From the NCBI GenBank assembly GCA_963779055.1, contig CAVZWN010000004.1, forward strand, positions 610,233 through 674,232: 64,000 nt of DNA, written 5' to 3'. The notes below the pieces were generated by a model. That model was not told the origin of the DNA and did not search any database. It saw only the letters and a program-made list of their open reading frames with translations. The position numbers and the translations under genes were made by a program. This DNA is from an uncultured Gammaproteobacteria bacterium (GTDB lineage: Bacteria; Pseudomonadota; Gammaproteobacteria; Burkholderiales; Sulfuricellaceae). This document shows, piece after piece, positions 50,898 through 61,682 of this stretch (position 1 is the stretch's first letter; every line of letters begins with the position of its first letter).

Positions 50898-52049
50898 TCA
50901 CTGGTCCTGCTCGGGCAGGAAGCCTTGCAGCAACTCGTTCAAGAAGCGCCGCCCCAGTTCGGTCGGCCTGATCCGGGCCAGATCCCGTTCCACCAGTCCG
51001 CGTTTTTCTGCCGCATCGAGCGTGCCCAGTACACTCAGCAGCGGCAGGCCAGTGCGCTCCTCGAACAGGGCCAGCGAGAATCCTTCGGTCAGGCGCAGCG
51101 CGTTCATCATGAACTCGAATCCCAGGTCCTTCGCCGCCACGCGGTGCTCTTCATGCACCGGCGCGCCTTTCAGGGCGTGCTCCAGGTAGGCTTTGGGCTG
51201 CTTGTAGCGCATCTGGCGCAGCACGCCATCATGCAGTGTGAGCTTGCCGTGCGCGCCGGCGCCGATGCCCAGATAATCGCCGAACAGCCAGTAGTTGAGG
51301 TTGTGCCTGCAATGCTGCCCCTTTTGCGCGAAGCCGGAGGTTTCATAATGCTCGAAGCCGGCGCAGGCCAGCTCGGCTTCGACCGCCTCCTGCATTTCCG
51401 CTGCCAGGTCGTCGTCGGGCAGTTCGGGCGGGTCGAGAAAGAAACGGGTATTGGGTTCGAGTGTGAGGTGATAGGCGGAAAGGTGCTGCGGGCCGAAGGC
51501 GATGGCAGTGCGCAGATCTGCCAGCATTTCCTTCATGCCCTGCTCGGGCAGGGCGTACATGAGGTCAAGGTTGATGTTGTCGAAATGGCGCTGCGCCAGG
51601 TCCACCGCGCGGCGTGCCTCGTCGCCATCGTGGATGCGGCCCAGCAGTTGCAGATGTTTGGGGTTGAAGCTCTGGATGCCAAGCGAGAGGCGGTTCACCC
51701 CGGCGGCGCGGAAGTCGGCGAATTTCTGCGCCTCAGCCGTGCCGGGATTGGCTTCCAGGGTGATTTCAGCCAGCGGCTCCAGCGGCAGCAGGGTGCGCAC
51801 GGCGGTGAGGATGTCATCCACGGCGCGGGCTGAGAGCAGGCTGGGCGTGCCGCCGCCGAAGAACACCGACACCACCTTGCGCCCCCATACCTGTGGTAGC
51901 GCGGTTTCAAGATCCTTCACCAGGGCGGCGACATATTCCGCCTCCGGCACGCTGCCGCGCGCTTCGTGAGAATTGAAGTCGCAGTAGGGGCACTTGCGCA
52001 CGCACCAGGGGATGTGAATATACAGGCTGAGCGGAGGCGGCTCCATCAT
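50898..52049 (-). CDS. hemW: Radical-SAM haem chaperone HemW (HemN-like)
   Basis: MMEPPPLSLYIHIPWCVRKCPYCDFNSH. ATG 52049 is preferred over track start 52094. Confidence 0.9.
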   Translation of the reverse strand: MMEPPPLSLYIHIPWCVRKCPYCDFNSHEARGSVPEAEYVAALVKDLETALPQVWGRKVVSVFFGGGTPSLLSARAVDDILTAVRTLLPLEPLAEITLEANPGTAEAQKFADFRAAGVNRLSLGIQSFNPKHLQLLGRIHDGDEARRAVDLAQRHFDNINLDLMYALPEQGMKEMLADLRTAIAFGPQHLSAYHLTLEPNTRFFLDPPELPDDDLAAEMQEAVEAELACAGFEHYETSGFAQKGQHCRHNLNYWLFGDYLGIGAGAHGKLTLHDGVLRQMRYKQPKAYLEHALKGAPVHEEHRVAAKDLGFEFMMNALRLTEGFSLALFEERTGLPLLSVLGTLDAAEKRGLVERDLARIRPTELGRRFLNELLQGFLPEQDQ

Positions 52050-52110
52050 GCTCTCACCGGCGCGGGGGATAAAGCGGAGTGGCGCGGTCTGCACAGCCCT
52101 GCAGGCCGCC

Positions 52111-52678
52111 TCAGGCTGCGTCGGCGGCTGACATGACGGTTGCGCCCAGCCCGGTCAATTCAGCCAGCATCTGCTCGTCGCCCTGACCGGTGCGTACGGC
52201 ATCACGCAGCACCACCACCGGATAACCCAGCCGGAGCGCATCACGCACGATGGCAGCCACGCCATCGCCCAGGCCGCCGACCAATATGCGCTTCACCCCG
52301 TACATCATGAGCTGGAATTCCAGCTGGGTTCCGGCAAAGCCGGTCCCGCCTGCCTGATCCTGAACCTCTCTGGAAATTATCATGGCAAATGCAGGCAAAC
52401 CCAGATCGGGCGCAAACTCTGACCCAGCTGTTTCTGCCACGCAATGCGCCGGCAGCTTCCCGCCCTGCGGCTGAAAGGGTGCATGATCGGCAGGGTGCCA
52501 GAAGCGCACGGCATAAATTGGAAAACCCCGCGGATGGAAAATATCGATCATGCGGTTGAGCGGACGCGATCACTTCCTCACCCCCGGAAACGGCCATGCT
52601 GCCGCCGGGCAAAAAATCCTTTTGCACATCGGCGACGATCAGCGCATCGCCTTCTTTTATCACCAGAGGCTCGCTCAT
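52111..52678 (-). CDS. Isochorismatase-family hydrolase (nicotinamidase PncA-like), one apparent frameshift near 52561
   Basis: N-terminus MSEPLVIKEGDALIVADVQKDFLPGGSMAVSGGEEVI (ORF 52241..52678) joins LNRMIDIF..GFPIYAVRFWHPADHAPF...HCV (ORF 52111..52551) in the neighbouring frame. Confidence 0.75.
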
Positions 52679-53265
52679 GAATTGCTTTTCAACTTTGCCA
52701 CCAGTGAGGCCAAAGCCTTGCCGCGGTGGCTGATACGATTCTTCACATCCATGGGGATTTCAGCGCCGGTCTGGCCAAACTCCGGAATCAGGAAATACGG
52801 GTCATAACCAAAGCCGCCGTCACCGCGCGGCGTGTCGATGATCTCGCCATACATCGCGCCTTCGGCGATGATCGGCTGTGGATCTTCCGGCCAGCGCACC
52901 AGCACCATCACGCAGTAGTAATGCGCCTTGCGGTTGGCGTGCCCTTGCAGCAGTTCGATCAGCTTTTCATTATTGCGCTGATCCGATTTCGGCTCCCCGG
53001 CAAAACGCGCTGAATACACGCCCGGCGCGCCGTTCAGCGCGTCGACGCAGATCCCGGAATCATCTGCCAGTGCAGGCAGGCCGGAATGAGCCGAAGCGTG
53101 GCGGGCCTTGGTGAGGCAGTTTTCGATGAAGGTGCAATACGGCTCCTCGGCTTCGGGGATATTGAACGCAGACTGCGGCAGCACCTCGAATTCCATTGGC
53201 GCGAGGATGGCGCTGATTTCACGCAGCTTGCCCGCGTTATTTGATGCGATGACTATTTTTTTCAT
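52675..53265 (-). CDS. rdgB: dITP/XTP pyrophosphatase RdgB (HAM1 family)
   Basis: True start MKKIVIASNNAGKLRE at 53265. Also ...FGYDPYF and SHRG.A. Confidence 0.9.
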   Translation of the reverse strand: MKKIVIASNNAGKLREISAILAPMEFEVLPQSAFNIPEAEEPYCTFIENCLTKARHASAHSGLPALADDSGICVDALNGAPGVYSARFAGEPKSDQRNNEKLIELLQGHANRKAHYYCVMVLVRWPEDPQPIIAEGAMYGEIIDTPRGDGGFGYDPYFLIPEFGQTGAEIPMDVKNRISHRGKALASLVAKLKSNS

Positions 53266-53267
53266 TG

Positions 53268-53984
53268 CTACGCTCCCAGCGCTGCTTTTTGCTTCGCCAC
53301 CAGCTGGCCGATGCCGCTTTGCGCCAGATCGAGCAGCGCTTCCATTTCGCCACGGCTGAAGGGCACGCCCTCTGCCGTGCCCTGCACCTCGACGAAGCCG
53401 CCGTTGCCGGTCATCACCACGTTCATGTCGGTATCGCAACCGGAGTCCTCGGCATAATCAAGGTCGAGTACCGGAACACCCTGATACACGCCGACCGAAA
53501 TCGCCGCGACGAAATCCGTCAGGGGAGAAGCGGCAAGCGACTGCTTCTTGATCAGGAAGGAGATGGCATCATGCAACGCGACATAGGCGCCGGTGATGCT
53601 CGCGGTGCGCGTGCCGCCATCGGCCTGGATCACGTCGCAATCAACCTGGATAGTGCGTTCGCCCAGCGCTTTCAGGTCCACCACCGAGCGCAGCGAGCGC
53701 CCGATCAGTCGCTGGATTTCCTGCGTGCGCCCGGACTGCTTGCCGCGCGCCGCCTCCCGGTCCATGCGGCTGCCGGTGGAGCGCGGCAGCATGCCGTATT
53801 CCGCAGTGACCCAGCCCTGCCCCTTGCCGCGCAGAAAAGACGGTACTTTTTCGTCGATGCTGGCAGTGCAGATGACCTTGGTATCGCCGCATTCGATCAG
53901 CACCGAACCTTCGGCATGCTTGGTGTAATTTCGGGTAATGGTAATGGCGCGCAGCTGATCCGCGCCTCTCTGACTGGGTCGCAT
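53268..53984 (-). CDS. rph: Ribonuclease PH
   Basis: 238 aa, [12 protein letters not shown]...[14 protein letters not shown]...[16 protein letters not shown]. Confidence 0.97.
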   Translation of the reverse strand: MRPSQRGADQLRAITITRNYTKHAEGSVLIECGDTKVICTASIDEKVPSFLRGKGQGWVTAEYGMLPRSTGSRMDREAARGKQSGRTQEIQRLIGRSLRSVVDLKALGERTIQVDCDVIQADGGTRTASITGAYVALHDAISFLIKKQSLAASPLTDFVAAISVGVYQGVPVLDLDYAEDSGCDTDMNVVMTGNGGFVEVQGTAEGVPFSRGEMEALLDLAQSGIGQLVAKQKAALGA

Positions 53985-53992
53985 GAATTTCC

Positions 53993-54910
53993 CTATTTGG
54001 AGTATTTCTGAATCGCGGACTGGATTTCGGCAATCGCTTTTTCGATGTCGTCATCGGTGACGGGCGCCTCACCGGCCGTTGGCCGGGGCGCGTGCAAAGC
54101 CTCAAGCTGGGTCGTAAAGCTGTCGAGCGGCATCATTTCGGTCGACACTCCGGCAGCGGACTGGGTTTTTCCCCGTCCGCCCCAGGTCATGGCGATGGCG
54201 GAAAGATTATCGCCATCCTGTCCACCGCGGAACTCGGCGTGATCCATCAGCTCCGGGATCGCCTGATCCAGCGGATAGGTATTCAGGATAGAGCCGATCT
54301 CATTGACGCTGAGCGAGCCCCACAACCCGTCCGAGCACAGCAGCAGGATGTCACCCGGTTCGACCGGTGTGCGCCTGGAAAGCTCCACTTCGGGGAGGAT
54401 CATGCCGCCAAGACAGTTGTAGATCTTGTTGCGCTCCGGATGCGTCGTCAACTGGGCCTCAGTGATCAACCCTTGTTCGAACAACTGCTGTACCCGCGAG
54501 TGATCCTGTGTGCGCGTCACCAGACGCCCCTGACGGAAAAAATACAGGCGCGAATCACCGACATGCGCCCAGTAGGCCATATCGCGCTGAATCACCACCG
54601 CGACACAGGTGGTGCGTGGACTTTCCAGCAGCTCATTTTCGGCAGAATAATCGCAGATCGCCTCATGCACGGCATGCAAGGCCTGATCGAGAAAAAACAA
54701 AGGGTCCCTGAGTGTCGGGCGGGCCTGTTTCTGGAACATTTCCGCCACCAGCTGCACTGTTATCTGCGCCGCGATTTCGCCGTGAAAATGGCCGCCCATG
54801 CCGTCTGCCACCACCATCAGCAGGGATTCCTTGCTGTAGGAATAAGCAACCCGGTCCTGATTGTATTTGCGCCCGCCTTGCCGGCTGGACTGATAAATGG
54901 AGAACTTCAT
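53993..54910 (-). CDS. PP2C-family Ser/Thr protein phosphatase
   Basis: 305 aa, RKYNQDRV......[12 protein letters not shown]...LLCSDGLW. Confidence 0.9.
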   Translation of the reverse strand: MKFSIYQSSRQGGRKYNQDRVAYSYSKESLLMVVADGMGGHFHGEIAAQITVQLVAEMFQKQARPTLRDPLFFLDQALHAVHEAICDYSAENELLESPRTTCVAVVIQRDMAYWAHVGDSRLYFFRQGRLVTRTQDHSRVQQLFEQGLITEAQLTTHPERNKIYNCLGGMILPEVELSRRTPVEPGDILLLCSDGLWGSLSVNEIGSILNTYPLDQAIPELMDHAEFRGGQDGDNLSAIAMTWGGRGKTQSAAGVSTEMMPLDSFTTQLEALHAPRPTAGEAPVTDDDIEKAIAEIQSAIQKYSK

Positions 54911-54917
54911 GGCAGGA

Positions 54918-55868
54918 TCAGAACAGACCCTTGTTCAGCGTGGCGCGGATACTGCCGATGAGCGTTTTCTTCGGCGGCAGCTCCTCCGGCAGAACATCCT
55001 TGACCAGTTCCTTCTGCAAGGCAAACACGCTTTGCGGGCGCTGCATGTAATCCAGCTGCAGGCACTGGTCGATCAGCTGCAGCAATTGCTCCGAATACTC
55101 CCCGGGCCACAGCTTGGTGGCGGACGTCATCTTGTCGTCTTCCATGCGCGCATCGGCGGCCTGCGGCGCGAAACCGGCCATGCAGGCGAACATGCTGGCG
55201 CCGACACTGTAAATATCCGACCATGGCCCAAGGCGTTCGCGGTTCTTGTACTGCTCCGGCGCGGCAAAACCCGGCGTGTACATGGGTGAAAGCTTGTTCT
55301 TTTCGTTGGAAAGCGTCTGCCGTGCCGCACCAAAATCCAGCAGCACCGGCGAACCGTCGAGACGCAGATAGATATTGGCCGGCTTGATATCCAGATGCAG
55401 CAGCTTATGCGTATGCACTTCGCGCAAGCCATTGAGCAACTGCGCAAAAACGCGGCGGATAAAGCTTTCCCGGATGTGCCCCTTGTGCTGCTGGATATGC
55501 TCCTGCATGGTCCGGCCGCGCTCGTACTGCATCACCATGTACACGGTTTCGTTGGCGCGGAAAAAATTGGTCACGCGCACCACGTTGGGATGGGCGATCT
55601 TGGCCAGCGCACGCCCTTCTTCGAAGAAACACTTCATGCCATAGCGGAAGGTATTGAGATTATCCACGGAAGTGGCCTGCACAATTTCACCCTCATCGCG
55701 CAAGGCCAGCCCGCTGGGGAGGTATTCCTTGATTGCCACTGGCGTGCCGGTTTCGTCATAGGCCAGATAAACAATACTGAAACCGCCACCCGAAAGCTGC
55801 TTGGTGATGCGGTAATTGAGTATTTGCGAACCCTCGGGCAGGGCCTGATTGATTTGTTGGGAGCTCAT
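54918..55868 (-). CDS. Ser/Thr protein kinase (Hanks type, kinase domain only)
   Basis: 316 aa with Gly loop GGGFSIVY, VAIKEY, catalytic loop HLDIKPANI, and DFGAAR. There is no TM or sensor domain. Confidence 0.9.
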   Translation of the reverse strand: MSSQQINQALPEGSQILNYRITKQLSGGGFSIVYLAYDETGTPVAIKEYLPSGLALRDEGEIVQATSVDNLNTFRYGMKCFFEEGRALAKIAHPNVVRVTNFFRANETVYMVMQYERGRTMQEHIQQHKGHIRESFIRRVFAQLLNGLREVHTHKLLHLDIKPANIYLRLDGSPVLLDFGAARQTLSNEKNKLSPMYTPGFAAPEQYKNRERLGPWSDIYSVGASMFACMAGFAPQAADARMEDDKMTSATKLWPGEYSEQLLQLIDQCLQLDYMQRPQSVFALQKELVKDVLPEELPPKKTLIGSIRATLNKGLF

Positions 55869-55940
55869 TACGCTTACTATGCTAATCTTTTCGGCATTTT
55901 ACAATTGTTTAGTCATAGTAATGCATTTTTTGGAGTGACC

Positions 55941-56808
55941 ATGATTTACAGCATGACCGGCTTTGCCGCAGTGAACCGCGAGACTCCCCCAGGGCGCCCT
56001 GCATCTCGAACTGCGCGCCGTCAACCACCGTTACCTTGAAGTAGCGTTTCGTATGGACGAAGTTTTCCGCCCGGCAGAAGCCGCCCTGCGTGAGGCCATT
56101 GCCGGCCGGCTCAAGCGCGGCAAGGCCGAATGCCGCATCAACTTTACACCCAGCGCTGGCAGCCACAAACCGCTGGCGATCAACGCAACGCTGGCACAGC
56201 AACTTGTCCAGCTCGGCCATACCGTGCAGGAACTCTCGCCAGACAGCGCAGCGCTCAGCGTGGCAGATATTCTGCGCTGGCCCGGAATCATGGAAGCGGA
56301 AGGCGTGCCTCAGGAGGCGCTGCAGGAAGCGGCTGTCTCGCTCATTCAGGAGGCGCTGGACGACTTTACTGCTTCGCGTGGGCGCGAAGGCGAAAAGCTC
56401 AAAGGCATGATTCTCGAACGCGCCGCACAAATGGAAGCGCTGGTAGCCGAAGCCGCGCCGCACCTGCCCCGCCTGCGCGCCGCCTATCAGGAAAAACTGA
56501 CAGCACGCTTCAGGGAGGCCGCCGCCAGTCTGGATGATGACCGCATCCGGCAGGAAATGGCGCTGTTTGCCCAGAAAATCGATATCGACGAGGAAATTTC
56601 CCGCCTCCAGGCCCATTTGCAGGAAGTGAAGCGAATACTGAATCAGGGTGGAGCCGCCGGCAAGCGCCTGGATTTCATGATGCAGGAACTCAACCGCGAG
56701 GCCAACACCCTGGGTTCGAAATCCGTCGCCACGGAAACATCACGGCTGTCGATGGAACTGAAAGTGCTGATCGAGCAGATGCGGGAGCAGATCCAGAATA
56801 TTGAATGA
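55941..56808 (+). CDS. yicC: YicC-family stress-induced protein, one extra C in the C5 run 55986-55990
   Basis: ATG 55941 gives MIYSMTGFAAVNRET, then the frame is lost. The neighbouring frame continues QGALHLELRAVNHRYLEVAFRMDE into track ORF 56053..56808 (...NREANTLGSKS). Confidence 0.85.
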
Positions 56809-57252
56809 CGCGCTGCCGCAGATCGAGCACGGCGAGTTCGCGGCCTTCAAAGAGCTCTCGGGCTGCATGGATGCTTTCTTTCCTGGCACCACCCTGCGGC
56901 TTCATGCCTGCGACAGGTGGCCGCTCGGGTTGCCGGGAACATCCTTTGTCATGCGGCTGATGAATGGTAGCCCACGCACGACAAAGCAGATATTTGACAA
57001 GCTTGCCCCCTTTCCGGGACAGGACAGGCAATAACAATTCTTTGCGAAAAGTTGATTATTGTCAGATATTCTCAACTTCGTTAAGATTTTGCCCTAAAAT
57101 GCCTCCTGGAAATAAACTTGGAGAACGGGCCCCTCTCCTAAGACAACAAAACCGGCAAAGGCAATCTCTACAAGCATTCAGGACTTTATCTTGCGCTAGC
57201 CACGATCCTTACAGCCGTTTTGCCGGGCTACATTAATTAAAGAACAAAATCC

Positions 57253-58846
57253 ATGAAAATCAACCTCCCTGTCACGCAAACTGAAAAATCCTACCCCAAA
57301 GGCAAATATCTCGTTTCAAAGACCGACCTGAAGGGTGTAATCACTTACGCCAACGAAGATTTCGTCGAGCTTTCCGGTTTCAGCAACGAAGAACTGATCG
57401 GCAAGAGCCACAATCTCGTGCGGCACCCTGACATGCCGCCCCAGGCTTTTGAGGATTTGTGGAAAACCGTCAAAGAGGGGCGTCCATGGCGCGGGATCGT
57501 CAAGAACCGGACCAAGAACGGAGATTATTACTGGGTTGACGCTTTCGTAGTTCCCGTGCGGAAAAACGACCAGACACTCGGCTACATGTCGGTACGCTCC
57601 GAACCCAGCCGGCAGCAGATTCAGGATGCCGAACAAGCGTATAAACAACTCAATTCAAGCAAGACAAAACTGGACACCCGGGGAAGCTGGTGGCAACGGC
57701 TTTCCGTCAAAGCGCGCATGGCCAGCATGATGGGCGGTGGCAAGCCAGTCTCTTCTTGGATTGACATGGACAGCCGCAGAAATCGGCGCATTTACTTTGA
57801 TGTGGCTTATGCTGACATTCGGCGCTTTTTTCCTGCTGCTTCATACGGTGATGAAGCGGGTAAATAGCGCCATTCACCATTTCGATCATATTGCCCAGGG
57901 CAACCTGACGGATGACATCGACATTTCCGGCCGCGATGAAACCGGCCAGTTGCTCAGCGGGCTGGCCACCATGCAGGTACACGTCAAGGTAATGCTGGAC
58001 GAAATCTCCGTGGCATCACGCGCTATCGAGGCCAGGTGCAGCCACCTCAATACAGAGATGTCGCAAGTCGTGAACCAGTCCGAGGAGCAGCAGAACCGGG
58101 TGCTGGCCGTAGCTGCGGCCACCGAAGAATTCAGCCAGTCAGTGGTGGAAGTGGCAGAAAGCGCGGAAGACGCGGCACGTTCTGCCACTGAGTCGCAAAG
58201 CCTGGTGGAAGAAAGCAATGTCAGCATGACCCACAGCATGGACGCCACCGGGCGTGTAGTGAAAGCGGTACAGACCTCCAGCACCACCATCACCGAGCTC
58301 AATCTGTCGATCGAAAAAATCGGCACGATCACCCAGTCCATCAAGGAAATTGCCGATCAGACCAACCTCCTGGCCCTGAATGCGGCTATCGAAGCAGCAC
58401 GAGCCGGTGAAACGGGGCGCGGCTTCGCTGTGGTGGCCGACGAGGTAAGAAAACTGGCGGAACGGACCACCAACAGCACCGCCGACATTTCCGCCATGGT
58501 GAGCGAGATTCAGAAGGCGACGCGTCAGGCCGTCGGCTCCATGGATCAGGCAGTCTATCAAGTAGATGAGAGCACCGGCATGATGCGGGAATCCCTGTCT
58601 TCACTTGGCAGAATCAGCGCTTCCAGCGGTGAAGTCACAAGCATGGCCCGGCATATTGCCGATGCCGCCAAGGAACAAGCCATCGCCAGCGAACTGGTGA
58701 CCAGCAACATGTCCCAGGTTACCTCTCTCATCGAGCAAAACACCAACTCAGCCCAGCATGCATGGAAAGCCACCAGAGAACTGGCTCAGACGGCAGTGAA
58801 TCTGAAGGAACTGGTCAGCCACTTCGAATTGATCAAAAACAAATAA
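57253..58846 (+). CDS. Aer-like PAS-domain methyl-accepting chemotaxis protein, one apparent frameshift near 57736
   Basis: PAS ([33 protein letters not shown]...[17 protein letters not shown]) in ORF 57253... The TM, HAMP and MCP signalling domains ([36 protein letters not shown]) are in ORF 57737..58846. Confidence 0.85.
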
Positions 58847-58882
58847 TTTTCCGTGCCTGAATCAAACATCCGGCCGGTTTAA

Positions 58883-59728
58883 TCACCGGTTTTCGCCCTC
58901 GCCTACCCGGCCCAGCACGCGGTCCAGCGTGCGGTCCGGCAGCAGGCGTTTAAGCACGGCGAACAGGTAAGCAGGAAAAGTCACCGGATAGCGGATTCGC
59001 GGGCGACTGCTTTCCAGGATATGAACCACTTTTTCCAGCACGGCTTCCGGCGGCAGGGTGAAAGGCGCGACCGGGCCGGGCTTGGTCAGACGGTTTTCCA
59101 TGGCGCGGTAGGTGTTGCGGAAATGGCTCGCTTCCGCATCCACGTGACGCCGGAACATCTCGTGCGCATTGGCCCGGAAGCGGCTGGTAATGGGGCCGGG
59201 CTCGATCAGGGCGACATGAATGCCGCTGCCGCGCAGTTCAAGGCGCAGCGTATCCGCGATCCCCTCCAGGGCATATTTGCTCGCGTTGTAAGCGCCGCGG
59301 AATGGCAGCGACACGTAACCCAGCAGGGAACTATTGATGATGATGCGCCCGCCCCCCTGGGCGCGCATCACCGGAATCAGCCAGTTGATCAGTTCCACCG
59401 TACCGAATACGTTGGTTTCGAACTGCTCGCGCAGCACCTCGCGCCGCAAATCCTCCACTGCTCCCGGCTGACCATATCCTGCGTTATTGAACAGGGCGTA
59501 GAGCGTGCCGCCGGTGCGAAGCAAAACCTCATCCACCGCACGGCGGATGGATGCCGGATCGGCAACATCCAGTTGCAGGCTTTCCAGCCCGCGTGCGGCA
59601 AGCATTTCCACATCCGCCGTCTTGCGCGCCGTGGCAAATACCCGGTAGCCGCGCTTCAGCAGGTCTTCCGCCACGCACAGGCCGATGCCGGTGGAGCAAC
59701 CGGTAATCAATATACTTTTCCTGTCCAT
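58883..59728 (-). CDS. SDR-family oxidoreductase
   Basis: 281 aa, ILITGCSTGIG, NNAG, YNASKYALE. Confidence 0.9.
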   Translation of the reverse strand: MDRKSILITGCSTGIGLCVAEDLLKRGYRVFATARKTADVEMLAARGLESLQLDVADPASIRRAVDEVLLRTGGTLYALFNNAGYGQPGAVEDLRREVLREQFETNVFGTVELINWLIPVMRAQGGGRIIINSSLLGYVSLPFRGAYNASKYALEGIADTLRLELRGSGIHVALIEPGPITSRFRANAHEMFRRHVDAEASHFRNTYRAMENRLTKPGPVAPFTLPPEAVLEKVVHILESSRPRIRYPVTFPAYLFAVLKRLLPDRTLDRVLGRVGEGENR

Positions 59729-59822
59729 CCCCGTCTCTCTAAAAAAATCAGCGCCTTACTGTAGCGAAAAAGTGCGGCAAGGTCGAATACGCGCACGTGC
59801 CGCTTTATGACATAATCCTGAA

Positions 59823-60689
59823 ATGACCAGACCGCACGATGAACTGGAGCTGGGCCAGTTCATCCCCCTCCACTACCATTACCACATGCTCAATGACAAC
59901 ACGCGCGTCGCCAGTTTCAAGGCCGCGATCGAGCATGTGGTTCAACCCGGCTCGCGAGTGCTGGATCTGGGGGGCGGCACCGGCGTGCTGTCGTTTTTCG
60001 CTGCCCGTCAGGGTGCATGCGTCTGGTGCGTGGAGCGCAACCCCCAACTGGTCCATGAAGCCAGAAAAATTCTGGCGCGCAACCATTTCTCCGGCGAACT
60101 GGAAGTTATCGAGGCAGACGCTTTCGACTACCTCCCGCCAGAACCGGTGGACGTGGTGATCTGCGAAATGATCCATGTCGCCATGCTGCGGGAAAAGCAG
60201 ATTCCTGTAATCCAGTCATTCAAGCAGCGCTATCTGGAGAAATTCGGCGGGCCGCTGCCGCTGTTCATACCTGAAGCCTTCATTCACGCGGTCCAGCCGG
60301 TGCATCAATCGTTCAATTTTGAGGGTTACTACGCCCCGGCACCCCTGTTTCAGGACCCCGGCACCATGCAGAACCGGACCTGGGAACTGGGCCAGCCGCT
60401 GGTCTATCAGACGGCGAGCTACGCAGACGATCTGCCAGCCCGCTGCAACTGGGAAGGCGAAATCACGACTGAGCGCGCCGGTACGCTCAACGCGCTGCGC
60501 TTCATCACCAAGAACATTCTGGCAATTCTTCCACAGGCGCACCGCAGCATCGACTGGCACAGCCAGTATCTGGTCGTGCCGCTGGAAGAAGCAGTCCAGG
60601 TCGAGGCAGGGCAGAAAATACGTGTCCGTTTCGACTGCGCACCGGGCGACCCGCTGGATGCGCTCAGGCCAGAAGTCTTTGTCTGCTAA
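59823..60689 (+). CDS. Class I SAM-dependent methyltransferase with a protein-arginine-methyltransferase-like N-terminal signature
   Basis: HYHYHMLNDNTRVASFKAAI....GSRVLDLGGGTGVLSFFAARQGA..V.CVE....V.EA.......F.G.LEVIEADAFDY..PE.VDVVICEMI. Confidence 0.7.
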   Translation: MTRPHDELELGQFIPLHYHYHMLNDNTRVASFKAAIEHVVQPGSRVLDLGGGTGVLSFFAARQGACVWCVERNPQLVHEARKILARNHFSGELEVIEADAFDYLPPEPVDVVICEMIHVAMLREKQIPVIQSFKQRYLEKFGGPLPLFIPEAFIHAVQPVHQSFNFEGYYAPAPLFQDPGTMQNRTWELGQPLVYQTASYADDLPARCNWEGEITTERAGTLNALRFITKNILAILPQAHRSIDWHSQYLVVPLEEAVQVEAGQKIRVRFDCAPGDPLDALRPEVFVC

Positions 60690-61682
60690 GCGGTTATTTC
60701 CAGGACCAGTTTTCCGCTCACATGGCCCTCTTCGATCAGCCGGTGCGCATCCGCCGCCTGTTGCAGCGGCAGAACCCGGCTTACCGTAACTTTCAGTTTT
60801 CCACGTCCGGCCAGGTCACTAGCCTCTTCCAGCATCTCCCGCTGCCTGATGCGGGCTTCGTGCATACCCAGTTGCAGCGGCGTCAGCATCAGCTCGTAGT
60901 GAATGCTCTGGTTGCGGGAACGGGCGGTTTTCAGGTCACCTGCCTCGCATGCCGTCTGGAGTAGCGTGACCACCCTGCCATAGACTCTGGCGGCGCCAAA
61001 AGAACGGCAGAAAGTCTCGCCTCCAACCGTATCGATCACCACATCCGCACCCTGTCCTCCCGTCCACTCCAGGATTGCCGCAACAAAATCTTCGGCCTTG
61101 TAATCGATAATCCTGTCCGCGCCCAGTTCCCTGGCGAAGGCCGCCTTGTCCGGCCCGCTCACCGTGACAGCGACCTGCGCGCCAAGGTGTTTCGCCAACT
61201 GCACCGCCACATGCCCGACACCGCCCGCTGCCGCATGAATCAGAACGCGCTCTCCGGCTTTCAGTTGCGCCCGGTCGATCAGGGATTCCCATGCCGTGAT
61301 CCACACCAGCGGCAAGGCTGCCGCCTCTATCATGGAAAGTCCCGTTCGGCCTGGCCGCGGCATAGTCTTCGTGGATCACGGCATATTCGGCGTAATTCCC
61401 CTGCTCCGTGCCGATACCGCCATTGAAGAAATACACTTCGTCTCCCGGTTTGAAGCGAGCGGCCGAGGCACCCACGCTTTCCACCACCCCGGCGCCATCG
61501 CAGCCCAGCACGGCAGGCAGGACAGGCACGCCGCCCTTGCGCAGCTTGGTGTCCACCGGATTGACCCCGGCAGCATGCAATTTCACCCGGATATAAAACG
61601 GACCGGGCAATTCCGGTACCGGAATATCCGCCATCTGCAGCACTTCTGGCCCGCCAGCGGCGGCCATCAAAATCGCTTTCAT
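60686..61682 (-). CDS. Zn-independent MDR-family NADPH:quinone oxidoreductase, one apparent frameshift near 61340
   Basis: MKAILMAAAGGPEVL...LGCDGAGVVESVG (ORF 60936..61781) joins LSMIEAAALPLVWITAWESL...VLIHAAAGGVGHVAVQLAK (ORF 60686..61363). Confidence 0.85.

Noticed and set aside
50621-50971. 116-aa plus-strand ORF in the right flank of the island.
   Set aside because: It overlaps the 3' end of hemW, its translation is Gly/Ser/Pro/Arg-rich, and it spans the degenerate inverted-repeat flank. It is more likely non-coding or decayed DNA.
56690-57037. 115-aa minus-strand ORF, and the 77-aa plus-strand ORF at 56801..57034.
   Set aside because: The minus-strand ORF overlaps the yicC 3' end antisense. 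The plus-strand ORF has no recognisable family. Neither is reported as a feature; the region is covered in a low-interest finding.
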